Shown in pieces: positions 28,953 to 39,550 of a DNA stretch of 64,000 bases (the stretch's first letter is position 1; each line of letters opens with the position of its first letter). Made by a program: the position numbers and the translations under genes. The notes beneath the pieces were generated by a model. That model saw only the letters and a list, made by a program, of their open reading frames with translations. It searched no databases and was not told where the DNA came from. Source of the stretch: Sulfurimonadaceae bacterium (GTDB taxonomy: Bacteria; Campylobacterota; Campylobacteria; Campylobacterales; Sulfurimonadaceae); NCBI GenBank assembly GCA_050290965.1, contig JBNKJB010000012.1, forward strand, positions 2,650-66,649. Reading direction: 5' to 3'.

Positions 28953-29526
28953 CGAAAAGATCACCTTTTTCTTCATAAATTTCAATATTGGTATCGATAG
29001 GTGTACGACCTTTGTGCAATACGCCTTCGACCGAATGAAATATATGCACAAAACGCTCATACATTGGAGCAACAACATAATCAATATGGCCGCGTTTCAT
29101 AATATTGGCAAGAACGTCGATGGCACAATAGTAAGCATTTTTATTGATATAACGTTGGGTCATATAGGTACGCATAATTTCGATGTTTTTCATGAGCGTT
29201 TCACGTTCAACGTCTGAAAGTGTTGTATTGTTTTTAGCATGATAGAGCATATTGTCAACATAGGCTGTTGATTGAGAGTGGGCATTAGTAATAATATCTT
29301 TTAAATTGTTGCAATGCTGCTCAAGGACTTGAAACATTTCCTTATCCGTCAAACGATGCATATCCGTCTGATAGGTATATTTTTTCTCGGGAATATATTC
29401 GTGATCGAGTGCTTTGATAAGTTGCAAGGTAATATTGATGTAGTTGTATTTGTCTTCTTTGTTGGTATCAAATACAATACCCGTGTGAGAAATGATTGGT
29501 TTGGGGCCTACAAATTTAATCCTCAT
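28927..29526 (-). CDS. Hypothetical protein, 199 aa
   Basis: A long ORF preceded by RBS AAAAGGA. I recognise no motif. Its 3' end overlaps the psd 3' end convergently by 26 nt. Confidence 0.5.
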   Translation of the reverse strand: MRIKFVGPKPIISHTGIVFDTNKEDKYNYINITLQLIKALDHEYIPEKKYTYQTDMHRLTDKEMFQVLEQHCNNLKDIITNAHSQSTAYVDNMLYHAKNNTTLSDVERETLMKNIEIMRTYMTQRYINKNAYYCAIDVLANIMKRGHIDYVVAPMYERFVHIFHSVEGVLHKGRTPIDTNIEIYEEKGDLFVKLDLLHR

Positions 29527-29662
29527 ACTGCCATCCTTTTTTGTTGTGATTAGTGTAACATAAATAAGAAGGTTTTAACGCAGCAATTGAAGCCGTCTCT
29601 TCGCTCTAAAGTGTATCGTTTATTTTCAGATGGCTTCTAACAACATAAAAGGAATAGCGGCG

Positions 29663-30763
29663 TTATACATTAAAGCGAAAGTGCATGACATCGCCATCGT
29701 GCACAATATACTCTTTGCCTTCTAAACGCATCTTTCCGGCTTCTTTGGCTCCGGCTTCGCCTTTACATGTAATAAAGTCCTCATAAGCAATGACTTCGGC
29801 GCGGATGAAGCCTTTTTCAAAATCGTTATGAATAACGGCGGCGGCTTTGGGGGCGGTTGTGTTTTTGCGGATGGTCCAGGCACGTACCTCTTTAACACCG
29901 GCAGTGAAATAACTCATCAGACCAAGTTTATCAAAACCTTTGTGGATAATCTGATTAAGACCGGACTCTTCAACGCCAAGTTCGCGTAAAAAATCATCGC
30001 GCTCTTCATCATCAAGCCCGATAAGCTCCTCTTCTACTTTGGCACAGAGCTTAATGACTTCACAGTTTTGAGCACTGGCATGAGCAATAAGAGCGGCGAT
30101 GTGTTCATTATCTTCAAGCAAACCATCTTCATCAACATTGGCACCGTACATAATCTCTTTTGAGGTTAAAAGACGCAGATCGCGGTTAAGCTCCGTAAAC
30201 ATATCATCATCAATTTGAGGAAAAGAGCGCGCCAGATTGCCATCGGCCAAATGTTCAGCCAAGGCATTGGCAAACTCAACCATAGCGGCCGCTTTTTTGT
30301 CTGCTTTAGCCTGTTTTTTAAGGCGATCAATACGGTTTTGCAACGCTTCCACATCGGCTAAAATGAGTTCGGTTTCAATGATTTCAATGTCACGCATCGG
30401 ATCAATGGAACCCTCCGTATGAACAATGTTGCTATCTTCAAAACAGCGCACAATCTGTAAAATTACTTCGGTTTCACGGATATTGGATAAGAATTTATTT
30501 CCAAGGCCTTCGCCTTTGCTGGCACCTTTGACCAGTCCTGCAATATCTACAAAATCGAGTGTTGAGAATTGAATGCGTTCGGGATTGACAATTTTGGCCA
30601 ATTCACTCAAACGACGATCAGGAACGGGAACCACTGCCTTGTTAGGTTCAATAGTACAAAACGGATAGTTTGCCGCTTCGGCATTTTGCGCTTTGGTAAG
30701 TGCGTTAAAAGTGGTTGATTTTCCTACGTTTGGCAGTCCGACAAGTCCGATGCTAAGTCCCAT
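29663..30763 (-). CDS. ychF: Ribosome-binding ATPase YchF
   Basis: [12 protein letters not shown], the [11 protein letters not shown]-domain, and the C-terminal TGS region ending [11 protein letters not shown]. Confidence 0.95.
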   Translation of the reverse strand: MGLSIGLVGLPNVGKSTTFNALTKAQNAEAANYPFCTIEPNKAVVPVPDRRLSELAKIVNPERIQFSTLDFVDIAGLVKGASKGEGLGNKFLSNIRETEVILQIVRCFEDSNIVHTEGSIDPMRDIEIIETELILADVEALQNRIDRLKKQAKADKKAAAMVEFANALAEHLADGNLARSFPQIDDDMFTELNRDLRLLTSKEIMYGANVDEDGLLEDNEHIAALIAHASAQNCEVIKLCAKVEEELIGLDDEERDDFLRELGVEESGLNQIIHKGFDKLGLMSYFTAGVKEVRAWTIRKNTTAPKAAAVIHNDFEKGFIRAEVIAYEDFITCKGEAGAKEAGKMRLEGKEYIVHDGDVMHFRFNV

Positions 30764-32205
30764 TAATTTCCTTCGTGTGATAAATGTTGTAAAAATTTGA
30801 GCGTCATGCGTACTCCTGCGCCGGTTGCGCCATAGCCGTTACAATCCCACGGCGTTTCCGTGTAGGCTGAACCCGCAATATCAAAGTGCAGCCATTTCTC
30901 TTTGTTTTCATCTTCAATGAAATGATCTAAAAAAAGCGCTGCGGTGATGGCACCGCCATAGGGTTTTGAAGCGGTGTTACTGATATCGGCGATTTCACTT
31001 TTAAGCAGTTTGCGCAGATGGGAGTTAAAAGGGAGGGTACCGGTGTTTTCACCTGAAGTGTCGGCAACATCCATAAAGGCGCGTTTGAGTAGATTGGAGT
31101 TACCCATCACTCCGGTGGTATATTGTCCTAGTGCCATCAGGCAGGCTCCCGTAAGCGTTGCGTAATCAAAAAGATAATCGGGTTTAACATGTTGCTGTGC
31201 ATACGTAAGCACGTCGCATAGCACCAGTCGCCCTTCGGCATCGGTATTGCGTACTTCAATTGTTTTACCGCTTTTAGAACGCAAAACATCATCGGGCTTA
31301 TAGGCGTTTGAGTCAATCATGTTCTCGGCAGCACCGATAAATCCGTGTACTTCAAGCGGCAGTCCCAGTTCACTGATGGCTTTAAGCATTCCCAATACGC
31401 CGCAGGCTCCCGATTTGTCCATTTTCATGGTTACCATGGCAGTGGCCGGCTTAAGGCTCATGCCACCGGCATCATAGGTTAAACCTTTGCCGACAAGCAC
31501 CACGGTTTTAAGTGGATTTTCGGGTTGGTAGCTTAAATGAATCAGACGCGGTTTATGGCGTGATGCTCGGCCTACGGCAAGCATAGCGTTCATGCCTTCG
31601 GCTTCAAGGGCGTGTTCATCCAAGATGTTACATGTAAGGTCATTACGATCTGCAAGGTCTTGAGCAATAATGGCCAGTTGCGCGGGATAGATATCTTCAG
31701 GTGTGGCATTAACAAGGTCGCGTGTAAAATTGGTGGCATTAGCAATAATTTTGGCCGCTTCAAAACGTGCTTTCATAGGCTCATAAGCCTCTAGCGTACC
31801 TTGCAAGTTTACTGCGGCAATAAGTACCTCTTTTAACGCAAGCTCTTTAGGCTCGGATTTATAGTCGTTAAACTGGTAGCCTCCCAGCATAATGCCTTCG
31901 ACAACAGCCTGAAGATTCTCATTTCCAAGCGCGGCAACTTTGATACGCGCTACGCTATATTTCATCAGCGTTCGAATGGCACCGGTAAGGCTAGATCGGA
32001 TTGCATCGGGCGTGTAGGCATCTACGCCGCAGTAGAGGGTGCTGCTTTCAATAAGATTGCACAGCTCATCTTGCGCGGCTTTAAATCCGGTACGTTGCAA
32101 TAGGGCACTTTTAGGGCTATTTTGCAGCTCTTTTTCATCGAGTATTACAATGGCATACTCAGCATGAATGTTGTCAAATACGTTATTCTCAAGAATCAGT
32201 TTCAT
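30763..32205 (-). CDS. pepA: Leucyl aminopeptidase (M17)
   Basis: VGKGLTYDAGG, NTDAEGRL and the metal-ligand context. Confidence 0.92.
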   Translation of the reverse strand: MKLILENNVFDNIHAEYAIVILDEKELQNSPKSALLQRTGFKAAQDELCNLIESSTLYCGVDAYTPDAIRSSLTGAIRTLMKYSVARIKVAALGNENLQAVVEGIMLGGYQFNDYKSEPKELALKEVLIAAVNLQGTLEAYEPMKARFEAAKIIANATNFTRDLVNATPEDIYPAQLAIIAQDLADRNDLTCNILDEHALEAEGMNAMLAVGRASRHKPRLIHLSYQPENPLKTVVLVGKGLTYDAGGMSLKPATAMVTMKMDKSGACGVLGMLKAISELGLPLEVHGFIGAAENMIDSNAYKPDDVLRSKSGKTIEVRNTDAEGRLVLCDVLTYAQQHVKPDYLFDYATLTGACLMALGQYTTGVMGNSNLLKRAFMDVADTSGENTGTLPFNSHLRKLLKSEIADISNTASKPYGGAITAALFLDHFIEDENKEKWLHFDIAGSAYTETPWDCNGYGATGAGVRMTLKFLQHLSHEGN

Positions 32206-32216
32206 ACATCTCTTTC

Positions 32217-33416
32217 TTAATCAAAATGGAGGATCTCTTTGGCTTGGATCATATCTTTATCACCGCGTCCAGAGAGGTTGACTATAATAAGTTTATTTTT
32301 AATATCAGGCAGTTTTTTAAGATAGGCAACGGCATGTGAGCTTTCAAATGCCGGAATGATACCCTCGCGTTGTGAAAGCCATACAAAGGCTTCGAGTGCT
32401 TCTTCATCCGTGATGTTGTCATAAGTAACGTTGCCTTGTTCTTTATGAAACGCATGTTCAGGCCCAATACCGGGATAATCAAGACCTGCTGAAATGGAGT
32501 GCGCTTCAAGAATTTGGCCATCGTGATCTTGAAGCAGATAGCTCATTTGACCGTGTAGTACTCCCGGGCGGCCTTTTAGCAGCGACGCGCCGTGTTTGTC
32601 GGTTTCTACCCCAAGGCCTCCAGCTTCAATGCCGATACACGCAACGCCTTCATCTTCTAAAAAGTGTTGAAACATACCCATAGCATTGGAACCGCCACCA
32701 ATACAGGCAATAACATGATCGGGGAGTCGATGCTCTTTTTGTAAAATTTGTGCACGTGCTTCATAACCGATAATTGCTTGAAAGTCGCGTACCATCATGG
32801 GGTAGGGGTGCGGGCCGGCTACGGTTCCTATAATATAAAAGGTGTCTCGCGCATGTGTGACCCAGTGACGAATGGCATCATTCATGGCATCTTTAAGTGT
32901 TTTGGATCCGCTTTGAACCGCATGAACTTTAGCACCAAGCAGTTTCATCCGAAACACATTTAGCTCTTGTCTGGCCACATCTTTGGCACCCATAAAAACT
33001 TCGCATTCCAGTCCTAAAAGGGCGCAAATGGTTGCGGTGGCAACGCCATGTTGTCCTGCTCCTGTTTCGGCAATAACTTTCTTTTTGCCCAAGCGTTTGG
33101 CCATCAATCCTTGCGCAATGACATTATTGACCTTATGTGCTCCGGTATGGTTCAGGTCTTCGCGTTTAAGATAGACTTTGGCACCAAGCTCTTGGGAGAT
33201 GTTGGCCGCATAATAGAGGGGGGTTTCACGACCCACATACTCTTTGAGATACGCATTGACTTCGCTCCAAAAACTCTTATCAAAACGGATTTTCTTATAG
33301 GCTTCATCAAGCTCTAGCAAAATAGGCATTAGTGTTTCAGGAACGTAGCGTCCTCCAAAAATACCAAAATGACCATTACTGTCGGGGTCAAATTTAGAAG
33401 GTGAGGGTATATACAT
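32217..33416 (-). CDS. trpB: Tryptophan synthase beta chain
   Basis: [15 protein letters not shown], the PLP lysine in HTGAHKVNN, and GGGSNA. Confidence 0.95.
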   Translation of the reverse strand: MYIPSPSKFDPDSNGHFGIFGGRYVPETLMPILLELDEAYKKIRFDKSFWSEVNAYLKEYVGRETPLYYAANISQELGAKVYLKREDLNHTGAHKVNNVIAQGLMAKRLGKKKVIAETGAGQHGVATATICALLGLECEVFMGAKDVARQELNVFRMKLLGAKVHAVQSGSKTLKDAMNDAIRHWVTHARDTFYIIGTVAGPHPYPMMVRDFQAIIGYEARAQILQKEHRLPDHVIACIGGGSNAMGMFQHFLEDEGVACIGIEAGGLGVETDKHGASLLKGRPGVLHGQMSYLLQDHDGQILEAHSISAGLDYPGIGPEHAFHKEQGNVTYDNITDEEALEAFVWLSQREGIIPAFESSHAVAYLKKLPDIKNKLIIVNLSGRGDKDMIQAKEILHFD

Positions 33417-33964
33417 TAATCAATCCCTATAACCGTATAAACAGAGGTGTTTTTCTCAAGCTTTTGAACACCATCAAGAAAATTAAGTCCTAAAACAAAA
33501 CAGGCTTCTACGCACGTTGCTCCTGTTTTTTCAATCAGGCTGGCTGCTGCATATGCGGTGCCGCCGGTAGCAATCAAATCGTCTATTAAAAGCACTTTAG
33601 CACCTTTTTTTTCGCGGAATGCGTCAATATGAATCTCCACTTCATCAAATCCGTATTCAAGTGAATATTTTTCAGAAACGGTCGTATAAGGCAGTTTGCC
33701 TTTTTTTCGGATAGGTACAAAACCAATGCCTAGCATTTGCGCTAAAGCTGCACCAAAAATAAAGCCACGTGCATCAATGCCTGCAATAAAATCAAGTCCA
33801 TAACTTTCGTAGCGATTTTTGAGATGGCGCATTAAGATGTCAAACGCTTTTGCATCATTAAGCAGCGTGGAGATATCTTTAAAAATGATGCCTGGTTTTG
33901 GAAAATCTGGAATGTCGCGGATAGCGCCTGAAATAATCTGTTTGTCCGTGTCATTTAATAGCAT
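33416..33964 (-). CDS. apt: Adenine phosphoribosyltransferase
   Basis: PRPP motif [14 protein letters not shown] and N-terminal [12 protein letters not shown]. Confidence 0.93.
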   Translation of the reverse strand: MLLNDTDKQIISGAIRDIPDFPKPGIIFKDISTLLNDAKAFDILMRHLKNRYESYGLDFIAGIDARGFIFGAALAQMLGIGFVPIRKKGKLPYTTVSEKYSLEYGFDEVEIHIDAFREKKGAKVLLIDDLIATGGTAYAAASLIEKTGATCVEACFVLGLNFLDGVQKLEKNTSVYTVIGID

Positions 33965-33982
33965 GAAAGAGCCTTGTTAAAG

Positions 33983-34315
33983 TTATAAAAGAGCATCGAT
34001 TCGTCCTTCGAGTTCTTTAATTTTGTTTTGAAGCCGATCGGTTTCGATGCGATGCTTTGAATTTCGTTGTTTAAGCGTTTTAATCTCGTTGCGCAGCTTA
34101 TTAAGCTCTTCGGTTAGAATGTCAACATTGCCCAAAGCCCGTTGAAGTTGTACTTGATATTTTCGAATCAAAATTTCAGCTTCTTGCAACGTGAGTTTCA
34201 TCATATCGTTGCTACGCTGCTCTTTTTGAGTGATGCTTTTAAAATAAAACATCTTTACAAAAAGAAAAATGGCAAGAATGGAAACAATAGTGAGCAGCGA
34301 CCACTCCCAAAACAT
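33983..34315 (-). CDS. Small membrane-anchored coiled-coil protein (hypothetical)
   Basis: One N-terminal TM helix followed by a heptad-rich region. No family recognised. Confidence 0.5.
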   Translation of the reverse strand: MFWEWSLLTIVSILAIFLFVKMFYFKSITQKEQRSNDMMKLTLQEAEILIRKYQVQLQRALGNVDILTEELNKLRNEIKTLKQRNSKHRIETDRLQNKIKELEGRIDALL

Positions 34316-34318
34316 CCG

Positions 34319-34756
34319 TTAGCCTTTGATAGCTTCGATTTTATCAACACGGCCACAGTGGCGACCGCCTTCAAAACCGTGAGCGAGCCATGCATCTATG
34401 ATGGATTCGGCAACACCTTGTCCTACAATGCGCTCGCCAAAACATAAAATATTGGCATCATTGTGCTGACGTGCCACCTGAGCCGTATAAGCATCATGAC
34501 ACAGTGCCGCACGTATTCCATGATGACGGTTGGCCGCCATACTCATGCCAATGCCAGAACCGCATATGAGTACCCCTTGCGTTCCAGGATTTTCCAAAAC
34601 ATTTTGCGCAACTTTAATGGCGTAGTCAGGATAATCAACACGATCACGGCTAAAAGGTCCAAGATCAATAACCTCATGACCTTTCTCTTTTAAAAGCTTA
34701 CATGTAAACTCTTTTAGATCAATTCCAGCATGATCGGTTGCAACAAAAAATTTCAT
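34319..34756 (-). CDS. rpiB: Ribose-5-phosphate isomerase B
   Basis: ATDHAG, LICGSGIGMSMAANR and ARQHNDANIL. Confidence 0.92.
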   Translation of the reverse strand: MKFFVATDHAGIDLKEFTCKLLKEKGHEVIDLGPFSRDRVDYPDYAIKVAQNVLENPGTQGVLICGSGIGMSMAANRHHGIRAALCHDAYTAQVARQHNDANILCFGERIVGQGVAESIIDAWLAHGFEGGRHCGRVDKIEAIKG

Positions 34757-34768
34757 TTTATGCTCCTT

Positions 34769-35446
34769 TTAGGATAATAACAGTCTTAACACCATTTGAA
34801 TGGGTGCATAGAGGATATACTCTTTTAGCGGGGTAACCAAAATAATGACAACAATAATCATACCGTAAGGTTCAGCTTTATAAAAAAATTCGGCAATTGC
34901 ATTGAGACGATATTTAAGGCTTAGATACATTAAAAAATGCGCACCATCAAATTGCGGAATGGGCAAGAGGTTGAAAACGCCCAAGATAACATTGATTAAA
35001 AGCAGTTTCAGCACAAACAGATAGGCAAAAATATAAACGATGCTGTCAGATTCACTAGGTTGTGATAAAGAGAGCATCAAGATTGAAGCAAAGGCTGCAA
35101 GTGTAAAGTTATAGACAATACCGGCGAGACTCACCTGCATTGCAGCGTTGTAACCACCGTTATCAATAACAGTACGGGTATTCACCGGAACCGGCTTGGC
35201 CCATCCAAATAAAAAACCGCTTCCCATGCCTAATACCATGGGAATAAAATACATCATCGCTGGTACGACAATTGAGCCAACCGGATCAATATGCGATATG
35301 GGGTTAATTGTAAGCCGCCCGGCATTTTTAGCGGTGGAATCACCATATTTATAAGCAATATATCCATGCATGATTTCATGTCCGATAATGGCGACCATCA
35401 GCGCTAAAATAGCAGCAACAATTTCTAAAATACTCATAGTATCCAA
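34769..35446 (-). CDS. Site-2 protease family (M50) membrane metalloprotease
   Basis: HEIMHG zinc motif in TM1, multiple TM helices, and NLLPIPQFDG. Confidence 0.8.
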   Translation of the reverse strand: MDTMSILEIVAAILALMVAIIGHEIMHGYIAYKYGDSTAKNAGRLTINPISHIDPVGSIVVPAMMYFIPMVLGMGSGFLFGWAKPVPVNTRTVIDNGGYNAAMQVSLAGIVYNFTLAAFASILMLSLSQPSESDSIVYIFAYLFVLKLLLINVILGVFNLLPIPQFDGAHFLMYLSLKYRLNAIAEFFYKAEPYGMIIVVIILVTPLKEYILYAPIQMVLRLLLS

Positions 35447-35467
35447 GTGACATCCTGAGAAAGCGTG

Positions 35468-36286
35468 TTAATAAATAGCATGATCGTCTTTGTCATATTT
35501 GATTCGTTCGGCAATGGCGCGATCGAGATGATCTTTTTGTTCCAGATCCGTGGGAGTTTTGCCCATACGATCCCAACGAATCTCCCAATTTTGATCCATA
35601 CTAAAATAGATAAACCATGGTGTACCTTCGATTAAGCCATAGGGTACAGTGCCCCAAAATCGGCTGTCATTGGAGTGATCGCGGTTATCACCCATCATAA
35701 AATATTCTCCCTTGGGTACTTCGATAGGAGGGTAGTTAAATAGGGGCATGTACATGCTACCATTATTAACAACGTTGTCATCATGATGAATACCGGGATG
35801 CTCTTTTTGATAGGGATTTTTAACCCAGCTTTTACCGCCAAATTCCATAATTTCATACCCTTTGTAGTGCTCTTTTATGTAGGCATCACCTTCATGTGGA
35901 TGAAGGTAAAGATCTTTATTTAGCACAAAGAGCTGATCGCCAGGGAGGGCAACGCAGCGTTTGACATAATGGAGCGATGTATCTTTGGGGTAGCGAAAAA
36001 TGACAATATCACCACGTCTAGGGGCATCCCCATTGACAATGTGCCCATCGGTACCGGGAATGAGTGGAATTTCTAAAAAAGGCAAATGCGGTGTTGGAAT
36101 ACCATAAGCAAATTTTTTAGCAAAAAGATGATCGCCAATCAGCAGTGAATCTTTCATGGAAGCACTAGGAATACGAAATGCCTGCGCGACAAAGAAAATA
36201 ACAAAAAGCACAATAATAATGGTACCCGTCCAAGAGTTTGAAAAACGGTAAAATTTCAGAGAATAATCAACAACTTTTTGTTTCAT
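35468..36286 (-). CDS. lepB: Signal peptidase I
   Basis: Catalytic Ser box PSASMKDSL, Lys box VKRCVALPGD, and GDNRDHSNDSRFWG. Confidence 0.93.
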   Translation of the reverse strand: MKQKVVDYSLKFYRFSNSWTGTIIIVLFVIFFVAQAFRIPSASMKDSLLIGDHLFAKKFAYGIPTPHLPFLEIPLIPGTDGHIVNGDAPRRGDIVIFRYPKDTSLHYVKRCVALPGDQLFVLNKDLYLHPHEGDAYIKEHYKGYEIMEFGGKSWVKNPYQKEHPGIHHDDNVVNNGSMYMPLFNYPPIEVPKGEYFMMGDNRDHSNDSRFWGTVPYGLIEGTPWFIYFSMDQNWEIRWDRMGKTPTDLEQKDHLDRAIAERIKYDKDDHAIY

Positions 36287-37140
36287 TTGGCCTCATTAGC
36301 GTGAAGAGTTGCGGCTTTAAGCGTGTTTTTAAGTAGCATAGCAATGGTCATTGGACCCACACCGCCAGGTACGGGAGTGATATAAGAGGCTTTTTTGCTA
36401 ACCGCTTCAAAATCAACGTCACCAACAAGTTTGCCATCAGGCGCACGATTGATACCGATGTCGATTACAATAGCATCCTCTTTCACCATATCCTCAGTAA
36501 TCAGATTAATAACACCGGCCCCCACCAAAATGATATCGGCTGCTAAGGTGTGGCGTTTGAGGTCATCAGTGTAGATGTGTGTAATCTCAACTGTAGCATT
36601 TGCATTAAGTAGCAGTGCCGCCATCGGTTTGCCAACAATGTTTGAGGCGCCCACAACACAGCAGTTTTTACCTTGTAGCTTAATATTATATTCTGCAAGC
36701 AGTGCCATAACACCTAAAGGAGTACAAGGAACAAAGCCGTCTAGTCCAGTGCTTAAGCGACCAACATTATAAGGGTGAAAACCATCAACATCTTTAGAGG
36801 GCGCAACCAGTGAAAGCAGTTTGGCAGTATCAATTTGTGGCGGTAGCGGTAGTTGAATTAAAATGCCATCAATATTAGGATTGAGGTTCATCATCTCAAT
36901 GGTTTTTTCAATAGCCTCTTGTGAAATATCGCGGGGCATCTCATGTGTAACCGAATAAAACCCGGCGCGATCACATGCTTTTTTCTTCATAAGCACATAC
37001 GCATGGCTTGCCGGATCATTGCCAACTAAAATTACGGCTAGCCCGGGAACGCGTCCTGTGTCGGCTTTTAGCTTGGCCGATTCAAGGCTAATATTAAATT
37101 CAATCTTTTTGGCAAGAGCTTTACCGTCTAATATCTGCAT
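36283..37140 (-). CDS. folD: Bifunctional methylenetetrahydrofolate dehydrogenase/cyclohydrolase
   Basis: MQILDGKALAKKI, PGLAVILVG, GASNIVGKP and TPVPGGVGPMT. The start is taken at Met22 of the track ORF. Confidence 0.93.
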   Translation of the reverse strand: MQILDGKALAKKIEFNISLESAKLKADTGRVPGLAVILVGNDPASHAYVLMKKKACDRAGFYSVTHEMPRDISQEAIEKTIEMMNLNPNIDGILIQLPLPPQIDTAKLLSLVAPSKDVDGFHPYNVGRLSTGLDGFVPCTPLGVMALLAEYNIKLQGKNCCVVGASNIVGKPMAALLLNANATVEITHIYTDDLKRHTLAADIILVGAGVINLITEDMVKEDAIVIDIGINRAPDGKLVGDVDFEAVSKKASYITPVPGGVGPMTIAMLLKNTLKAATLHANEAK

Positions 37141-37279
37141 CTGCTGTCCCAATGCAGACCGTGCAGCATCATACAATAGAGGTGGATGCATCTTCGCAAA
37201 CACCGAATGCGCAGGTCTTATAAAATTTTTGTTATGATACCGATAAAATCATAACAGCAGGCTAAAATAAAGGAGTGTA

Positions 37280-37615
37280 ATGCGTTCTCTTATCTTGTTG
37301 TTTCTTGCATTAATGCTTGGGGCAGATGAAGACTTTATTACCAAAGATGAATATGCATCACAACTCTATAATAATCCACGTGGTATCAGTTGTGCCAAAT
37401 GTCATGGTGATGAAGGAGAAGGGCGCAAGATTGCCACATATGAGCATAAGGGGCAAAAAATGGTTCTTGAAGGGCCTAAAATCCAAGATGTCCCTTTTTA
37501 TCGGCTCAAAGAAGTGCTTACCAAACGGGCCAAGGGGATGCCGCGCTATTTTCTTACCGAAGATGAGATTAAGGCACTCTATTATTATCTGAAGGAAAAA
37601 GGAACAGTAAAATGA
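37280..37615 (+). CDS. Monohaem c-type cytochrome (c553-like)
   Basis: Signal peptide, haem motif CAKCHG, and distal Met in GMPRY. 111 aa. Confidence 0.8.
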   Translation: MRSLILLFLALMLGADEDFITKDEYASQLYNNPRGISCAKCHGDEGEGRKIATYEHKGQKMVLEGPKIQDVPFYRLKEVLTKRAKGMPRYFLTEDEIKALYYYLKEKGTVK

Positions 37616-38550
37616 TATTGGATGATATTAAAAGCATTGCTGCTTTGTGCGATCAAGGCAATTTTGACGCCGCCGATGCCCTTTTAAAACCTGCAAATCG
37701 CATTATAAATCACTCTAATCTTTTTCGCTCAGCCCTTATGGTATCGACACATAATCTTAAACATGTTATGAAAGTACCGCAGCTTGAAGCCGAAGCGATT
37801 ATGCTGAATCTTGAAGATGGCGTATCACATGAGCAAAAACCTACAGCACTGCGCTTGTGTGCCGCACTGCTTTGTGCTATGGTGCAAAGTGATAAAAAGC
37901 TGGTGGTGCGTGTGAATGCTCTTGATGAGGGGGGACGTGAAGAGATTGCTTATCTTAACCGTTTTGCTCCCGATGCGATTCGTGTTCCCAAAATTCGTAC
38001 TCCCCAAGAGGTTGAAGAGGCGCTGCAACTGATTGATGCGCCAATTGAACTGCACCTTTCTATTGAAACAAAAGAGGCGTGGTTGGCGATGCATGAGTTG
38101 AAGCTTTCGGAACGGGTAAGTACCTATTATCTTGGGATTCTTGATCTTTTTGCAGATCTAAAACTTCCTCATAGTCTGATTGCTATTGACAACCCCACTA
38201 TGCGCTACATGCTATCGCATTTTCTGCTTACATGTAAGGCCTTACATGTAAAGCCGGTAAGCTTTGTGTTTCAAGATTATAATGATCGAGATAGCTTTAA
38301 ACGCTGGCTTGGACTTGAAGATGAGATGGGCTTTGATGCCAAAGGGTGTCTTTCGCCGCTACAGGTGCGCGACGTTCACGATTTTTTTGGCCTTAGCGAG
38401 TACGATATTCAAAAAGCAAAAACAATTATTGAACTTTTTGAAGCCAAACAGCGTGAAGGCATTAGCGGTTTTACCCATGAAACCTACGGTTTTATTGATG
38501 AACCTATTTATAAAGGCGCATTAAGTTTACTGGAGCGAACAGGAGGATAG
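37612..38550 (+). CDS. HpcH/HpaI aldolase or citrate lyase beta (CitE)-like lyase
   Basis: NLEDGV motif, plus later SIETKEA and ILDLFADL, consistent with the CitE/malyl-CoA lyase fold. Substrate unknown. Confidence 0.55.
   Translation: MILDDIKSIAALCDQGNFDAADALLKPANRIINHSNLFRSALMVSTHNLKHVMKVPQLEAEAIMLNLEDGVSHEQKPTALRLCAALLCAMVQSDKKLVVRVNALDEGGREEIAYLNRFAPDAIRVPKIRTPQEVEEALQLIDAPIELHLSIETKEAWLAMHELKLSERVSTYYLGILDLFADLKLPHSLIAIDNPTMRYMLSHFLLTCKALHVKPVSFVFQDYNDRDSFKRWLGLEDEMGFDAKGCLSPLQVRDVHDFFGLSEYDIQKAKTIIELFEAKQREGISGFTHETYGFIDEPIYKGALSLLERTGG
38228..38251. repeat. 24-bp perfect palindrome made of two TTACATGTAA copies
   Basis: TTACATGTAAGGCCTTACATGTAA lies inside the CitE-like CDS and encodes LTCKALHVK. 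Confidence 0.95.
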
Positions 38551-38554
38551 AAAA

Positions 38555-39550
38555 ATGCGAGAGATAATAGGCGTTTTAACGCTGCTGTTACTTTTAAGTG
38601 GATGTTCGCAAACGGTACGGATGAAGGCGATTGTACCGGCTGAGATTGATCGTGCGGCATCAACCAAAACCATTGCAGTGAGCCGTTTTGAAAACGATTC
38701 GGTGAATCTCTCGGGTAAAATCGAAGCACAAATTGCCAAGCAGTTGCTTGATGGCACGCCCTATTTTACTATTGTAAGCCGCAATGATTTTGATCGTTTG
38801 ATCAAAGAGCAAAAGCTTCAAAACAGTGGTCTTCTTGAGCCTTCTCAAGCGGTTGATGTGGGCAAACTCATGGGGGCCGAGGCCATCATATCTGGCAGCG
38901 TATCCAAACCCTCTATTAGCGATAGCAACTATTACGAACAGCGCAGTAAATGTATGGACAAAAAGTGCAAAGATATTCGTTATTATGATGTGCGCTGCAT
39001 CAAACGCGCAGCAAGCTTATGGGCGGAAATTCGCATGGTAGATGTAGAAAAAGGCGATATCATTTATGCCGATCGCATTAAAAAAAGCGACGCATGGCGC
39101 CATTGTATGGATGATGCTGCCATACTGCCCTCACGCACTATGGCGTCGCAGAGTCTTGCTGATGAAATTGTGACTGCCTTTAGCGAAAAACTGATGCCGC
39201 ACTATCGCCACTTTGAAGTGGAACTGCTTGAAAAACCCGATCTTGAGTATACCGATGAGCAAGAAGCACTGCTGGAAAACGCTTTAAAATACATTGATAA
39301 AGAGCGGCTTGGAAAGGCACAAGAGCTGCTGACGCGTCTGATTGACAGCACGGCACAACGCAGTTATGTGCCTTTTTATAATCTGGGTGTTATCAAAGAG
39401 GCTCAAGGCGCTTATGAAGAGGCCAAAGAGTTGTATGAGCGTGCTGATGCATTGAGTATGAAGCCGGTTGATGCCATTGATACGGCGTATGTGCGTATTC
39501 GTAAAGTGATTGCCGATTATGAAAAAAGTCGCGCGCAAATAACGAGGTAG
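38555..39550 (+). CDS. Lipoprotein with a CsgG/LpoB-like N-terminal domain and a helical (TPR-like) C-terminus
   Basis: Lipobox LLSGC. TIAVSRFEN..FTIVSRNDFDRLIKEQKLQNSG..GAEAIISGSV is typical of the CsgG-like fold. Confidence 0.5.
   Translation: MREIIGVLTLLLLLSGCSQTVRMKAIVPAEIDRAASTKTIAVSRFENDSVNLSGKIEAQIAKQLLDGTPYFTIVSRNDFDRLIKEQKLQNSGLLEPSQAVDVGKLMGAEAIISGSVSKPSISDSNYYEQRSKCMDKKCKDIRYYDVRCIKRAASLWAEIRMVDVEKGDIIYADRIKKSDAWRHCMDDAAILPSRTMASQSLADEIVTAFSEKLMPHYRHFEVELLEKPDLEYTDEQEALLENALKYIDKERLGKAQELLTRLIDSTAQRSYVPFYNLGVIKEAQGAYEEAKELYERADALSMKPVDAIDTAYVRIRKVIADYEKSRAQITR

Noticed and set aside
29591-29639. GAAGCCGTCT ... AGATGGCTTC is an imperfect inverted repeat whose left arm resembles the Neisseria DUS core GCCGTCTGAA.
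   Set aside because: It is a single occurrence, does not fully match the DUS, and has a 29-nt loop with one stem mismatch. It is most likely an incidental weak structure between ychF and the downstream hypothetical gene.
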